Positions 62,960 through 64,000 of a DNA stretch of 64,000 bases are shown here, piece by piece. The notes beneath the pieces were generated by a model. It worked only from the letters and a program-made list of their open reading frames with translations, did no database searches and was not told the DNA's origin. The stretch covers positions 23,825,365-23,889,364 of the forward strand of contig NC_092678.1 of assembly GCF_964355755.1 (NCBI RefSeq), given 5' to 3'. A program made the translations under genes and the position numbers. Source of the DNA: Antedon mediterranea. Taxonomy: Eukaryota; Animalia; Echinodermata. Every line of letters begins with the position of its first letter. The first letter of the stretch is position 1.

Positions 62960-64000
62960 GAACCGTCTGAACCCTCTATTATTTTATATCAAAATATTCG
63001 TTTCAGGCGGGGCGGATCCAAGGATAGCGATTGTTTCTTGCGCTACTTATCTTTACTGGACTAGCAAAATCTAATTAATCAGATTGTTGAAAGTTTGAAA
63101 TGTATTGTTGACATTAACGGGTGACAGAGAACTTCTAGGTTTCGATTGCTGCTTCCTTCCTTTTTAAAGACCACCAAACAAGTATTTCAGATTGTTTTCT
63201 CATTTCAAAATGTTACTTCATCCTTAATCCTGAACATCTAAATATTCTGAAGCTTTTGAATTTTAATTATTGTTATAATCAACAACTCTAGTATTAAATA
63301 TATATTTTAAATCAGTTTTAAATCAGTGTTAATATTGTATTTTGTCGTCAGTTTGTCGGAATATTTGTTTCCTTTATTGGTTTATTTTATCGTTCAACCT
63401 GGTAATTTAGATTTAGAATTATTAACAAGTTTTCATATTTAATTTAAGATATTTCATATTCCATTAATAATTGAAAGTTGTGTTTGGCATCATCACACTC
63501 ACAATTTCAACAAAATTGTTTTGTAGTTCCTTTCTATATTGTATGGTATTAATGTTGGGATACATCTCACCAATCATATGTGTTAATTTCAACTCAAGTT
63601 GAAGCTATGGTAGGCTAGACCGAGCATGCTGAGTTTGTAGACAGGGAATGTTGTACATCCTAAAATACTAATATTATAAAAACTAGTAGATACTACAAAT
63701 CTGGTTGATGTTCAGCAATACACCATAATGAATATACACATTAATAAACACAAACAGTAGGATTAGTGAAATGCATCAACTTTTAATTCAAGAAAAATGA
63801 GAAAAACATTGTACAAATTTATTCTTACTAATCACGTATAGATATATATTTACTAGATTTAGACTAAAACACAAAACAGTTGAACTAATTAAATAATATG
63901 TAAATTATATTTCTACTCTAGATGGAAACACAAATTGTCTAAACTTAAGTCTACTAATTAGCAAAATAAACCAAAATACGGTTGAACTATTTAAATAATT
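62960..64000. repeat. Start of a fifth tandem unit (TRIM 3' flank / NUDT5 3'-derived sequence); implies another TRIM beyond the window
   Basis: Colinear with 28470-29330, 37240-38340 and 47740-48610. Confidence 0.85.

Overview
AT-rich animal genomic DNA with GT-AG introns, most likely a non-vertebrate deuterostome (inference from gene content; no bacterial features). 1-23.8 kb (- strand): a multi-exon Piccolo-like presynaptic active-zone gene (MGNTES start, Rab-binding helix and zinc finger, 3-kb low-complexity exon, PDZ, C2A) that runs off the left edge. 25.5-28.4 kb (+): a complete 8-exon NUDT5 (ADP-sugar pyrophosphatase, 208 aa), head-to-head with it. 28.4-64 kb: a tandem array of single-coding-exon TRIM-NHL genes (RING, 2 B-boxes, coiled coil, filamin, NHL) with three intact copies, one copy truncated by a hAT-like end, and the 3' flank of a fifth unit at the right edge. 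Each unit starts with a copy of the NUDT5 3' region and carries its own transposon insertions. The most unusual structure is an 8.7-kb foldback-like element (49160-57825) with long TIRs built from palindromic 20-mers. Nested in it is a 5.3-kb element with ~40-bp TIRs flanked by a perfect 31-bp direct repeat, carrying a 19-bp minisatellite and a decayed protein-kinase gene. All calls were read by eye; no database searches were run.
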